Notes: a model not told the origin generated them from the letters alone. A stretch of DNA of 64,000 bases from Octopus sinensis (GCF_006345805.1 NC_042999.1:67456001-67520000); one strand, 5' to 3'. Counted from the stretch's first letter, positions 39,050 through 54,974 are shown. Program-made: numbers and translations.

Positions 39050-40400
39050 GCTTATCAAACATATCAGTTCTTCCTCCAGTGGTCGACCTTTCCTACGACA
39101 AAGAAGCCGAAATGATCTAATTCGAATTTATCTAAGAAGCAAACTAAACACTTTGATTCAATATTAAAAGAATGGAGTCGAAAAAAATACTTAAGTTTTC
39201 CGTAACCATCATTAATTGTAAGAATGGTTTCGCCGCGAAGAATTGTGTTTTGCAAAAATTTTAATATTGTTGCAGGGTTACTTTGCTCACAAATAGAGTT
39301 TGGTGGAGTACTAAATACTCAAAATATTCAAGGAGTCTTTAAAAGCTACCTTGAAAGCAGCCCTTCATAACAGTAATAAATTCCCTTGTAACAAATGCCG
39401 CAAACATAAAACAATCGTGCGATAACATGAAGTTGCAATATCAGAAATATGAATAAGGCGTTGAGCTGGCAGTGTCCTGAAATACGCCGGGAAAAATGCT
39501 TAGCGGCATTTCGTCCGTCCTCGCGTTCTGAGTTCAAATTCCACCGGGATCGACTTTGCCTTTCATACCTTTTGGGGTCGATAAAATAAGTTCCAGTTGA
39601 GCACAGGGGTCGATGTAATGGACTTACCGCCTCCCCCGAAATTGTTGGCCTTATGCCAAAATTTGAAATCAATATTAGAATGTAATACCTATGGAGAGCT
39701 GAAAGCCATTACTTCTTCGCCGGAGATATATCTCAGTTACACCAAACACTTTTTTTTTTTTTTATGCGCATCAGATAGTAAGTACAAACAAGGCCACTAT
39801 ATTCAAAATAATTTACCAAAACGAACCTCACCAGTTCCAGAAAACAAAATAACAAATGTCTTGAACTTGTTGATCCTGAGAATGCTGTCTTTCCTTCTTT
39901 GCACGTCAGCCTTGGATTTATGAAAAACTTTGTTTCGGTGACAAAGCGCATTTAAAATATGAGAAATATTGCAACACCCCCACCCCACCCCACCCCCACA
40001 CGACTAGTGATGTCAAAATTAAATAAGACGTGTTGTCGGTCCTCATATCAGAAAACTGTTAAGAGATGAGAGCTTGGAAGATTTGAATGAATTTAAGAAA
40101 GCTACATGGAAAACTTTCAAAAGTTTCTATGTAAACTTTTTGGGAAACCACAAGACTAAAACCATTTTGAAAGTAGTAGGTGACCTTCTAAAGTCTCTTC
40201 AAGCAATGGGATGTAAAACGTCATTAAGGATGTATTTCTTGGGTTGTCGTTTGAATTTTTTTCCAGAAAATCTGTGCAGACGCAGTAAAGGACGAATACG
40301 GTAATGTCTCAACCATAGAAAAGCGTCTCCAAGACAACGGGAACCTAAATATGTTTGCTGATTTCTATCAGTCTCTTAAGAGAGAGACCTATCTGAAACA
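39050..40400 (+). mobile_element. Highly decayed Chapaev/Transib-like DDE transposon, interrupted by a SINE (39460-39680)
   Basis: Fragments NDLIR..LSKKQTKHFDSILKEW, LHVSLGFMKNFVS and FLGNHK...LQAMGCKTSLRMYFL..RLNFFPENL are homologous to the better copy at 56700-57860. Confidence 0.6.
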
Positions 40401-40714
40401 AATTACAGCATGAATGAAACCGAACTACTTTTTTATACAACAGGTCTTTGGAATATGTTTAACTTCAGCAGAGAATGTACTAATTTATACTGTTCTTTAT
40501 ATTGGACTGATGCATGTAGTTATATACTTCGTAATGATGTGTGCTGCAGTAGACAGTGTAATGGGTGTACAACGTACAGCTGTTTGATGAATAATATATA
40601 TTTCTTTTCTACCCACAAGGGGCTAAACACAGAGGGGACAAATTGTCACATATATATTATAGATGAATTCCTCTCTTTACATAATATCGACGTCTCATTC
40701 ATTCTTTGTTGTCA

Positions 40715-40795
<81 letters not shown>

Positions 40796-40798
<3 letters not shown>

Positions 40799-42399
40799 TG
40801 GGGGGAAATAGATATTCGTACATGTCAAAATTCTTTATTTATTTAATTTCTAATGAACATATATGGGATATACCAATACTATATTTGCATACACATGCAT
40901 AAACTAAGAATATGCAAAAGAAACTAATGAATTATAGTAACTATTGAATTTATATTCAATTATAAATATTTAGGGGTGAAAAAAGTGTTCGTAAATAACT
41001 GATAATTCTGATTTAATACTTCGTAGCATAACCATTATTCAGTTCCACGTCAATCAATCTCTTGTAGTTCTTAACCAATGACTCGCATGTTTCTTTAGGA
41101 ATTTTTTCCCATTGTTCTTGACAAATTTTCTTCAAATCTGCAATGCACGTTGGGGCTCTTGAATGGATTTTAATTTTCAAATAACGCCACAAATTTTCAA
41201 TGGGGTTCAAGTCAGGTGACTGGCTTGGCCATTCTAATAATTTTATATTGTGATCAACAATCTATTTTTGGTAGACTTCGCTGTGTGCTTAGAGTCGTTA
41301 TCCTGTTGTAAAACCCACCCTTCACAAAGCTGGAGCTTTTCTACAGAGTCCCATAAATTATTGTTCAAAATATTTTGGTACATCTCTGCATTCATTCTAC
41401 CATCAATCACATGTAAATTGCCAGTACCATTTGCAGAGAAACACCCACACACCATGATGTTGTCACCTCCAAACTTTAGGTAGGAATTGTGTTTTTCGGC
41501 GAATAGGCGGTACCATCTTTCCTCCAAACATGGCTACACGAATTTCGTTCAAACAATTCAATTTTCTACTCGTCTGTCCATAGAACATTTTCCCAGAATG
41601 TATCAGATTTATCTTTATGTTCATGAACAAATTTTAAACGGGCATATCTATGCTTTTTAGCCAACAACGGAGTTTTTCTAGGTGAGCGTGACTTCAGTTC
41701 ATTCCTATGAAGTTCATTGCTGATTGTTCGTAGTGTAACACTAGTCCCTGAAGCTAACAAATCTTGCAACTCCTTTCTGGTGATCATTGCGTTTTTTTTT
41801 TTTTGTTTGTTTGTTTTCTTCTCTTCATTTTTCTTAAAGATCTAAGGGAAATCTTGCTTGGTACACCGGATCTTATTCTGTTTTCAACAGTTCCTGATTT
41901 TTATATGTTTGAATAAATGAACATATGGTAGAAAATGGAATACAAAGGGTCTCTGGTATTTTCATGTAACTTTTACCTGCTTTCCACTGTTCAATAACTA
42001 ATTTTTTTACTGAATTTGTGAGTTCTTTACTTTTCACCAATATCACGATGATACTTTATGTTGTCTCAGTGCTGAATGAAGAATCTAGCGTTTTGACACT
42101 TAAAAATAACAACTGATAAGATTATTGGAACAAACGAGAAAGTTCTAGTAAAATAAATTTATTTTAACAGTATTTTGTGGCATAGAAAATCATAAATTTA
42201 TTCTGTATGAATACTTTTTTCACCCCTAAATATTCATGATTGCATATAAATTCCTTAGTTACTATAATTTATTAGTTTCTTTTGCATATTCTTAGTTTAT
42301 ACATGTGTATGCAAGTATAGTATTGGTATATCACATTTATATTCATTAGAAATTAAATAGATAATTTTGACATGTACGAATATTTACCCCCCCCCCTTG
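40796..42399 (-). mobile_element. Near full-length Tc1-family (DD34E) transposon, pseudogenised
   Basis: TIRs of about 200 bp with TA flanks. ORF pieces read KSRSPRKTPLL..FWENVLWTDE, KFGGDNIMVCGCFS..QQDNDSKHT and NPIENLW. About 1.6 kb. Confidence 0.92.
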
Positions 42400-42464
42400 T
42401 ATATATATATATGTATATATATGTGTGTGTGTATATATATATATATATGTATATATTTTTTTTT

Positions 42465-43468
42465 ATCTAGTTTCAGCTCACGAGCTGTGGCCATGCTGGG
42501 GCACCGCCATTTGGTGTTGCTACATGATTTTACTTTACGAATGCATTTTAGCAACTGCCATTTGGTGCATGAGAGAGTTCGATGCAGCTGCCCTCATCTG
42601 CACCTCCTGCCGTGAAGTTGGTTCATCCGGGACACCTGAGAGGAAGAGATCCAGTCCTACTTTAAAGACATCCGCATCCACCCCATGCAGGTCCCTCAGG
42701 TTCTTCGGGAGGATATTGAAGAGCTGTGGGCCTCTGAAGCCCAGGCTATCACAGTATCTTGTCCTACATCTTGATGGCAAATTTGGAGTCCTTGGCACCA
42801 CGCAATGGCGCCCAGTTCTGGCATTTGTGTAACTCTCGATGCCAAAGTTTGGGACAAGTCCTTCCAGGATCTTCCAGATGTATATTATGACATATCTTTC
42901 TCGCCTACGCTCCAAGGAATAGAGTCTTAATCTCTTGAGTCTTTCCCAGTAGCTTATATGCTGCACAGAGGCTATCTTCTTCGTGTAGCTTCGTTGGATC
43001 GCCTCAAGTTCTGTGATCAACTTGACACTGGATGGTGATCATAGCTGAGAGCAATAGTCAAAGTGGCTTAGGACAAGTGTCCTCCAGAGGACCATCATGG
43101 TTTCTTGTTCCCTTGTTCTAAAGGTTCTAAGAATCCATCCGGCCAGTCGTCTACATTTCATTGCCAATTTAGCAACATGTACATGAAAGGTTGCGTCATC
43201 ACTCATGTAAATACCCAGGTCACGCACTGATTGTGCCTCTGGGATTGCAATCCCTCCGGGTCCAGTGTATTCATTGGGTATTGCATTTAGTTTTGCATGC
43301 TGATAGCATAAAGCTTGAAACTTTTCAGCATTGAACTGCATGCTATTCTTTTCAGCCCACTTGTATATTTTGTCCAGCTCACATTGCAGGTGTTTAGTGT
43401 CTTCAGGGTTCTGTATTGCCTGTGAAACTTTTGTATCATCTGCATAACTTGTGATCGTGGCTCTCTGC
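42465..43468 (-). mobile_element. 5'-truncated CR1-type LINE (RT C-terminal half and 3' UTR)
   Basis: Reads YADDTK, MQFNAEKF, VRDLG, VLSHFDYCSQL and LEAIQRSYTK..YWERLKRLRLYSLERRRER. Confidence 0.9.
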
Positions 43469-43472
43469 CACG

Positions 43473-45567
<2,095 letters not shown>

Positions 45568-45578
45568 TTATTGGAAGT

Positions 45579-45621
45579 CCACCTGAAGATTGTCGATCAA
45601 GACAAGTAACAATTGTAGTGG
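45579..45621 (+). ncRNA. Type I hammerhead with a single core change (GAAA>GUAA), copy 1
   Basis: CCAC-CUGAAGA-UUGUC GAUCAA GACAA-GUAA-CAAUUG-UA-GUGG. Helix I is 4 bp, helix II is 5 bp, helix III is the palindrome ACAAUUGU. Confidence 0.75.
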
Positions 45622-45722
45622 CGGTTTTTTTGACTATTTATTAAAATTTTATGTATTGATTAAGTCTTTCCTTGTTTGTTTTGCAAAATAGTGGTTTTGT
45701 CTCTATAATATTTTAGATATAT

Positions 45723-45756
<34 letters not shown>

Positions 45757-45913
45757 ATATTATAATATAGTATATATATATATATTATATATATAATATA
45801 TATATATATATATAAATATATATATATATATGTATATATAGATATATATATATATATATAATATATAATATAATATATATAATATATATATATATATATT
45901 ATAATATAGATTA

Positions 45914-46423
<510 letters not shown>

Positions 46424-46547
46424 TTATTAAAATTTTATGTATTGATTAAGTCTTTCCTTGTTTGTTTTGCAAAATAGGGTTTTGTCTCTAATAATATTTG
46501 AGATATATATATATTATATATATATATATAGATATATATATATATAA

Positions 46548-46585
<38 letters not shown>

Positions 46586-46655
46586 TATATATATATAAAT
46601 ATATATATATATATGTATATATAATATATATATATATATATATAATATATAATAT

Positions 46656-46689
<34 letters not shown>

Positions 46690-47423
46690 CTATATATATA
46701 TATAATATATATATATAATATATATAATTATATATATAATATATTATAATATATCTATAATATATAATATATATATATAATATAATATATATATATATAA
46801 TTATATATATATATATATATACTATATAATAGATATATATATATATATAATATATATATAATATATATATATGTATATATAATATATATACATATATACG
46901 CAAACATACAACTACATATATGTGTGTGTGTGGTGTGTACACATATATATGTATTCGACTAAAGGTGGTGCTCCAGCATGACCGCAGTCAAATGATTGAA
47001 ACAAGTAAAATAGTAAAAGAGTGTGTGTGTGTGTGTGTGTGTGGTGTGTGTGTGTGTGAGTGTGAGTAATTTGCGCTCAGTTCTTTTAGTTTCTATTTGC
47101 TACCTAAGGGATTTAGGTGTGAATAAACAGAGGCGAGGAGTCTGAGAGAGTGGAGGAAGAGAAAGATGGGGGAGGGAAGAGGAGGTGACGTTGTGCAGTG
47201 GGATGAATGGGGCAGAGTGGGGGGGTGAATGGAGTGGGGACCTGGTTAGGGTGCGGTGGGTGTCGGGGCCGGTGTGGTGTCGCATCGGCGACACCTGTTT
47301 GAATTTACTCGTTACACAGACCTTATTAGAGCGCTAATGCTTAACACACACAATAGATTTAATGAACCCTGCTGTCGTCGCTGCAACAACCACTCCAGTC
47401 ACATGCACTTTAGTAGTAGTAGT

Positions 47424-47512
<89 letters not shown>

Positions 47513-47839
47513 ATGGTGGCAGCAACAGTAGTTGCAGTAGTAGTAGTAGTAATAGTGGAATGGTTCTCCGTCAGTTTCGACGATGACCTATCGAGTTGTT
47601 CAGTCAACAGAGAGCTAGTTGCACATTGAATTAGCACAAAAGTGGCTGAATGCTCCACTGACAGACATGTGCATCCCGTAACAACATAATTCTCAGGAAA
47701 AATCAGTAAAAGATACTGTGTCACAAAGTGGACCTTTGAATTATTGGTACGATCCATTTGTACAATTTCTGTCTACCCAGTTTCAGGGACCACCCTTGGG
47801 TCAACAACACATGGGCCTTTGGTAAAAGATCATTACCCA

Positions 47840-48545
47840 AGATACCTATTTCTTTACTACCCACAAGGGGTTAAACACAAAGAGGACAAACAAGGACAGA
47901 CACACGGAGTAAGACGATTATATCGACCCCAGTGCGTAACTGGTACTTATTTAATCGATCCCGAAAGGATGAAAGGCAAAGTCGACCTCGGCGGAATTTG
48001 AACTCAGAACGTAGCGGCAGATGAAATACCTATTTCTTTACTACCCACGAGGGGCTAAACACAAAGAGGACAAACAAGGACAGACACACGGATTAAGTCG
48101 GTTATATCGACCCCAGTGCGTAACTGGTACTTATTTAATCGACCCCGAAAGGATGAAAGGCAAAGTCGACCTCGGCGGAATTTGAACTCAGAACGTAACG
48201 GCAGATGAAATACCGCTAAGCATTTCATCCGGCGGGCTAACGTTTCTGCCAGCTCGCCGCCTTACCCAAGATATCCCACAGCTGGCAAACTTCTAAACCA
48301 TTCAGCATCCATACTACTACTAGTAATAATAATCCTTTCTACCATAGGCACAAGTCCTGAAATTGGTTGGTGGGGGTGGCAAGTCAATTACATTGACTCC
48401 AGTGTTTCACGGGTACTTAATTCATCAACCCCGAAAAGATGAAAGGTAGAGTCGACCTCAGTGGAATCTGAACTCGGAACATAGAGACAGAAGAAATGTC
48501 ACTTAGCATTTTGCCCGGCGTGCTAATAATTCTGCCAGCTTGCCA
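47840..48545 (-). mobile_element. SINE family A dimer (47840-48265) and older monomer (48330-48545)
   Basis: Match the other family A copies. 184-bp internal period. Confidence 0.78.
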
Positions 48546-48680
48546 CTATTTTTTTTTTCCACATTTCTTGACGCCTTAACTGCTCAAAACTTCTGATATA
48601 TTTCGTTTTTTTTTTTTTTTTTTCATTTTACTTGTTGCAGTCATTAAACTGAGGCCATGCTGGGGCAACAACTCGAAAAA

Positions 48681-49828
48681 GGATCTTTTCATTTCCAAGG
48701 CCTGTTTTTTAAGATTTTTCCTACTTAACCAAACAATTTGAAACTTCGTATACTAGTAGAATGTGTCAAAAGAAAACATAATTGTAAACCAGAATGAAAA
48801 CGGAATTGTAATTTCAAAGTTTAACGTTGTTTAATAATTAGAATTTTAACCAATGGTATTCGGTCTTTCGGCTTCATATTATTTACTCCGTCTCAATAGA
48901 CGTAAACGGCTATTTTGCTGACGTATTTAACATACGTGAAATGTAAACACCCGTATTCCTTCAGTTTCTATTCACATTTTTTAAAATATATTATTAACTA
49001 ACTTATATATTAAACTTATATATTATATAACTAACTTAGTTTTTGTAAATTTTCGTATATTTTTTGTGATTTCTATTCCTTACTTTATTCGTGTAACTTT
49101 TATTTCTGTAACTTTTTATCTTTGGCAATCTTTCGTATGTGTGTGTGTATGTATGTATGGCCGATTCAGTGTTTACATTATTTCGAGTTAAAACGAAAGA
49201 TTACCTTTGCTATGTAGAAAATGAGGTTGACTCAATGGAATAATGACAGTGATCGAAGATATAGACAAAATTTTTTTTGGTAATCTTTCGTTTTAACTCG
49301 AAATAATGTAAACACTGAATCGGCCATACATACATACACACACACACACATACATACACACACACACATACATAGATACATACACACATACATGCATACA
49401 TACATATACACATACACCGAGTAAAAAATTTCAGTTATCTCTCTCTTTCACACATTATTCTCTCTGTCTCTTCACACACACTAACAGAAGTACTTCACTT
49501 ACACAACATACTTTCTGTCTCCCACACCCCATCAAACACACACACACGCACACAAAACACAGACCTACGCACAGCTGTCTACGTCACAAAATAGCTTTCT
49601 ACGTCACACTAAGATAATGCAGTTAATTATTTCAAATGAAAACAAACAATACGATTGGTTAAAATTCGCAGATTTAATCTACCCTTAAAGGTATAAAATA
49701 CATTTTTCTCAAATAAACAAGTTGAAACTAGTGTTTTCTTTTGAGACACTCTACCAGTATACGAAGTTTCAAATTATTTAGTTAACTAGAAAAATCTGAC
49801 AAAACAGGCCTTGGAAATGAAAAGATCC
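48681..49828. mobile_element. Merlin-like fold-back MITE
   Basis: TIRs GGATCTTTTCATTTCCAAGGCCTGTTTT / AAAACAGGCCTTGGAAATGAAAAGATCC. Flanks CTCGAAAA(A) / CTCGAAAA. Inner inverted repeat at about 49135-49205 versus 49278-49350. Confidence 0.8.
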
Positions 49829-50419
49829 CTCGAAAACTTTTTAGCCGAATGTATCGACTCCAGTATTTTTTTAATGATTTTCAACAAGCACATAGTTAAG
49901 CCTAAAAGGTCTTTCCACATGCTAGAGATAACAGCTTAATCTTTAAACATTATTTTTATATAATTTCAAATACACAAAAACGGAAACCGCGGTTGTAAAA
50001 AAAAAACTAAATATTTTCATACTTTAACTATGGGGGGTTTGTTTGAAGGGTTTTTGTCTTAGGGGGCTTTTTTCCTAAGGGTCTTTTGTATTATATCCGC
50101 TGAACAGAACTCTAAAAACCGTACTGTTTTTAAAATTTGATTATATCTCTGTTGTGTGGAAATAAAACACCCCCAAGGTAGAACGGATGGATTAGTCCAC
50201 CAGGATAAATATGGTGGAGTAATGCCAATGGGTTGACGGACCCGACAGCTCATAAGCAATGTGTCGACTCGGGAGTTCGAGTAGTACCAGTGAGCGGACA
50301 AACATCTAGTACTATCTCTTAAACAGAATTAATGTATTTATTCTATTATGTCGTACGAGAACTGTACGACACAAGTCTCTCAAAAAATTCAGAACACGAA
50401 ATAAATTCAGGTTACATTT

Positions 50420-51100
50420 ATTTAATACAACTGCAAACTACGGCAACGCAAGGCAAAAAATTTAAGAAAATCGTCCTTCTCTATACTTGATTTGTATTTA
50501 TTAAGGGAAGCAAGTATCACGAGGTTTGGTTTTCGCTGCTGTTTCACATTTCGTCGAAAGGGTGTCATAATTCGAGTTAGCGTCGAAAACGATGATTCAC
50601 ATTTAGCTGTGTTAGATCCAAATGTTAATGCTGCACCATACAAAAGACAAACATTTGGGAAAGCATCCTGTACAATACATAAAGATCCAAAAATATCAAG
50701 CAGTGTCATCATATTTTGTTTGGAAATGTATGCTTTAGCCACAGTAAGTTCAGAAAGTAAGGCCGATTTATTACAATTAACTAAATTGCTCAAAGGTTTT
50801 AAAACATCAAAATCCAAAAATGTCTCGGACGTTGGTAGTAGACTTGCCAAGGAAGAATATATACTATCGTTTTGCTCTAAAAATCTGTTATCTGGCTCTC
50901 TCAAGCTTTCGTCGATGATCGCGATATAAATTTTGCGATGAAGGTTATCCAGTCATCTTGTGATGGTACCAGGGCTTCAACAACATAATCTGAAAAACGT
51001 CGGGACCCGCAAGCTTTTCGACGCATGCGTTCTTCAATAACATTAAATTGACTCATTTGTTTCAGAATCTCATTAAATATTAAAGAGTTTCTCAGTTTAG
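50420..51100 (-). mobile_element. hAT (ZMYM1-like) transposase C-terminal/dimerisation region, decayed
   Basis: Reads FPNVCLLYGAALTFGSNTAKCESSFSTLTRIMTPFRRNVKQQRKPNLVIL (hATC ERSFS-type motif). Confidence 0.8.
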
Positions 51101-51101
51101 T

Positions 51102-54036
51102 TAGTCGATCCCACAACGACTTGAGCGTATGCAAATGAGTTGATTTGCGCTAACTGAATGTTCTGATTCGTTAGCTTTTAGGGGCAAATTCTTACAATGT
51201 GGTCTTGTAGATTTTACAAGGAGCTTGCACGGTTAGCAGATATTGGTGAAAAGTGGTGTACGATATATTACCTTATATTCAAGACTTACAAGCGGCGTAT
51301 TCGTTTCTGAAGGAGAAGAAAGTTTTCAAGAATGTTTCTCCCCAATGTTTACATTACCAGAAAGGGATGACGCTGATAAAGCACAACGAAGAGAGGATAT
51401 TTCGCTGCCCTACGCATAAAGCTGTGAAAGAATCTATTGGAAAGAATTCCTATCTGGAAAAGTATAATTTAAAACTACGGGACATTATCCTCGTTACATA
51501 TTTATGGTCCCATAACACACCTATTTGTACATCGACTGAATTAACTGGATTGGCACAAAGTACTGTCGTTGCTTTTTATTTACTTTGTTTAATTTGTGTA
51601 AAAAAATTATATACATTTTTTTAAAAAAATCTTAGTTTGTTTATAAAAAATAATTTAATTAACTAAGTTTTAAAAATTATTTACTTTGTTCGAAAAATAT
51701 TAGGATCTTTTCCTTTTGAACGGCAGATGTCAACACAATTTCTAGTTAACTAAACACTTTTAAACTTCGTATACTGGTAGAATGTGTTTATCATTTTCTC
51801 TTGGTTTTATTGAAAATATTCTATAGTTTGTAAGATATTTCGTCTGAAAATCCGAGCATTTTGGCAATTTTAACCAATCGATTACCTCCATTCAACTAAA
51901 ATCATTTGCTGCGTCTAAAACTGAGACAACATCCTGTAACTAACCCTAAACCTCCCCTCTAACCCTAACCCTTATTTTTGTTTTCTTAATTGTTAAATTA
52001 ATTTAATTCCATTGCTTTAGTTTTTTTTACACGCGTAACAATTAAATTAATTTAACAATTAAGAAAAAAAATTTAGGGTTAGGGTTAGGGGGGAGGTTTA
52101 GGGTTAGGGTTAGTTACAGGATGTTGTCTCAGTTTTAGACGCAGCAAATGATTTTAGCTTAAAAGAGAGCATAGGATTGGTTAAAATTCGAAAAATTAAA
52201 CTACGTTAAACAAACAAATTACAATTTTCTCAAGAAAACCAAGAGAAAAAAAATGTTATTTTGACACATTCTACCAGTATACGAAGTTTTCAAGTGTTTA
52301 GTTAACTAGAAATTGTCTGCCGTTCAAAAGAAAAGATCCAAATATAATTTAATTTGTGTTAAAAAATCATATACATTGTTTTAAAAAATAATTTATTGGA
52401 TCTTTTCTTTTTGAACGGCACTTTGTAACATCATTTCTAGGTAACTAAAAAGTTTTAAACTTCGTATACTGGTAGAATGTGTTTATAAAACATCATTTTC
52501 TCTTGGCTTCATTGAGAAAATTCTATAGGTTGTAACATATTTCGTCTAAAATTTCTTGCATTTCGGCAATTTTAACCAATCGATTACCTCCATTCAACTA
52601 AAATCATTTGCTGCGTCTAAAACTGAGACAACATCCTGTAACTAACCCTAAACCTCCCCTCTAACCCTAACCCTTATTTTTGTTTTCTTAATTGTTAAAT
52701 TAATTTAATTCCATTGCTTTAGTTTTTTTTACACGCGTAACAATTAAATTAATTTAACAATTAAGAAAAAAAATTTAGGGTTAGGGTTAGGGGGGAGGTT
52801 TAGGGTTAGGGTTAGTTACAGGATGTTGTCTCAGTTTTAGACGCAGCAAATGATTTTAGCTTAAAAGAGAGCATAGGATTGGTTAAAATTCGAAAAATTA
52901 AACTACGTTAAACAAACAAATTACAATTTTCTCAAGAAAACCAAGAGAAAAAAAATGTTTTATTTTGACACATTCTACCAGTATACGAAGTTTTCAAGTG
53001 TTTAGTTAACTAGAAATTGTCTGCCGTTCAAAAGAAAAGATCCAAATATAATTTAATTTGTGTTAAAAAATCATATACATTGTTTTAAAAAATAATTTAT
53101 TGGATCTTTTCTTTTTGAACGGCACTTTGTAACATCATTTCTAGGTAACTAAAAAGTTTTAAACTTCGTATACTGGTAGAATGTGTTTATAAAACATCAT
53201 TTTCTCTTGGCTTCATTGAGAAAATTCTATAGGTTGTAACATATTTCGTCTAAAATTTCTTGCATTTCGGCAATTTTAACCAATCAATTACCTCCATTGA
53301 CGTAAATAACATTCTGTGCATAATGAATATGTCCCTCCTTTAAGAAACAGATTGGGTTTATTTACATTTGTGAAGAAAAAGAAGATACCCTTCCCCAACC
53401 CCTAACCCTAACTAACTCTAACTCTAATCCTAAATCTAAAATAGATTGAAATGCAATAGATCGATACTAGGGCCATAATTATGGGTGACATTTTCATTTG
53501 ACACCGCTAGAAAAAAATCCCATTTTCCGTAGCGGTGTCGTATGAAATTGTCACCCATAATTATCGATCTATTGCATTTCAATCTATTTTAGATTTAGGG
53601 TTAGGGGTGGGGGAAGGGTATCTTTTTTCTTCACAAATGTAAATAAACCCAATCTGTTTCTTAAAGGAGGGACATATTCATTATGCACAGAATGTTATTT
53701 ACGTCAATGGAGGTAAATGATTGGTTGAAATTGCCGAAATGCAAGTAATTTCAGACGAAATATCTTACAAACTATAGAATTTTCTCAATAAAGCCAAGAG
53801 AAAATGTTTTATAAACACATTCTACCAGTATACGAAGTTTAAAACTTTTTAGTTACCTAGAAATTATGTTACAAAATGCCGTTCAAAAGGAAAAGATCCA
53901 ATTTATTTACTTTCTTTAAAAAAAAATTATTTTATTTTGTTCGCAAACATTTATCGCGCACGTGCGATACAAGTATGTATAGCGCATGCATGAATCAACT
54001 CATTTGCATATGCGCAAGTCGTTGTAGTATCGACTA
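51102..54036 (+). mobile_element. Merlin/IS1595-like transposon remnant with about 44-bp imperfect inverted repeats, filled by fold-back MITEs
   Basis: ORF 51253-51624 reads C..GMTL...FRCPTHK..ESIGKNSYLEKYNLKLRDIILVTYLWSH..ELTGLAQSTV (ISXO2/Merlin N-terminal Zn-ribbon plus HTH). The IR at 51102-51145 matches 53994-54036. Confidence 0.65.
51703..53899. mobile_element. Three adjacent palindromic MITEs (51703-52339, 52398-53043, 53102-53899)
   Basis: Each is bounded by GGATCTTTTC..TTTGAACGGCA and its reverse complement. Internal arms are long inverted repeats with TTAGGG/CCCTAA tracts. A roughly 704-bp tandem duplication is evident. Confidence 0.85.
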
Positions 54037-54099
54037 CTTACGACTAGCTAGCGCGCACCGGGACCATTATTCGCTAGTAGTACCGGTTTTTGCTCACCT

Positions 54100-54575
54100 G
54101 ATCATTTTGCAAGATTGAAGACACGGAAGTTGTTGTGGATAAACGCTGTTGGAGTTCCTTCCATGTTACCATAGCTTGGATATGCAGAGTTTGCGTTTTT
54201 TTTCTTTTGCATAATGCCAAATAGAATATCCATTTTTACTAAAACACTATCAGCTTGAGCAGAAGAATTAAAGTGCCGACAAGCAACACAAAACAAGACC
54301 TTCTTTGAAAGAGAATACTCTAACCATAAACGACCAGTATACCAGCTTGACGAAAAATCACGTCTCTGATTTCCATAAATTTTTGGATCAAACTTTGTTA
54401 GAACTGGCTGCACTGGTTTGGCAGTCGACCTGTCCTAGATCATCCAATGAGGGTGTCAAAGACTTTGCAAGACCTCCCTTGAGCTGCGAAACTCCGTTTG
54501 CAATTCTCTTCTGCTTAGCATTTTGGAAATTCAGCAATGATTGCTTCAGTTCTCTTTTTCGGTAGTGATTCATTA
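54100..54575 (-). mobile_element. hAT (ZMYM1-like) transposase N-terminal TTF zinc finger region
   Basis: Reads QPVLTKFDPKIYGNQRRDFSSSWYTGRLWLEYSLSKKVLFCVACRHF (TTF-type W..W LEYS...FC..C motif). Confidence 0.8.
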
Positions 54576-54974
54576 TTTTTGGGCACCGATATTCACAATA
54601 ATTAATTCTAAGGTAGAATATCGTAGTAAGAGTAACAATTTCTTAAAATGTTTCGGTTCAAGCAATTTTTTTTCCAATTTCTTCAAAGTTATGCTTTTTT
54701 TAGTTGAACACAAAATAATTTCAGTATAAACTTTGTTCAAAGAGTAGGAAAATTTATTCAGGGAAAGTTCTCACATGAAAAATCCTTTCTGAATATATAT
54801 TTTGGGAAATTTCAAAAATTTTCTTTCCTTTTTCGCGAATAGTAGAAATAAAATGACTTTTAATGTCCGTCTCTGTTCATATATATACGTGTGTAGTGAT
54901 GCGTTTACTACCATAAATCTCTAACTACAGCAATAATTCTTCACATACTTTTCATACTTTTCAGCAGCAACAAC

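Noticed and set aside
51950-52830. TTAGGG repeats as a telomere or fusion site
   Set aside because: There are only 2-3 units, inside MITE arms.
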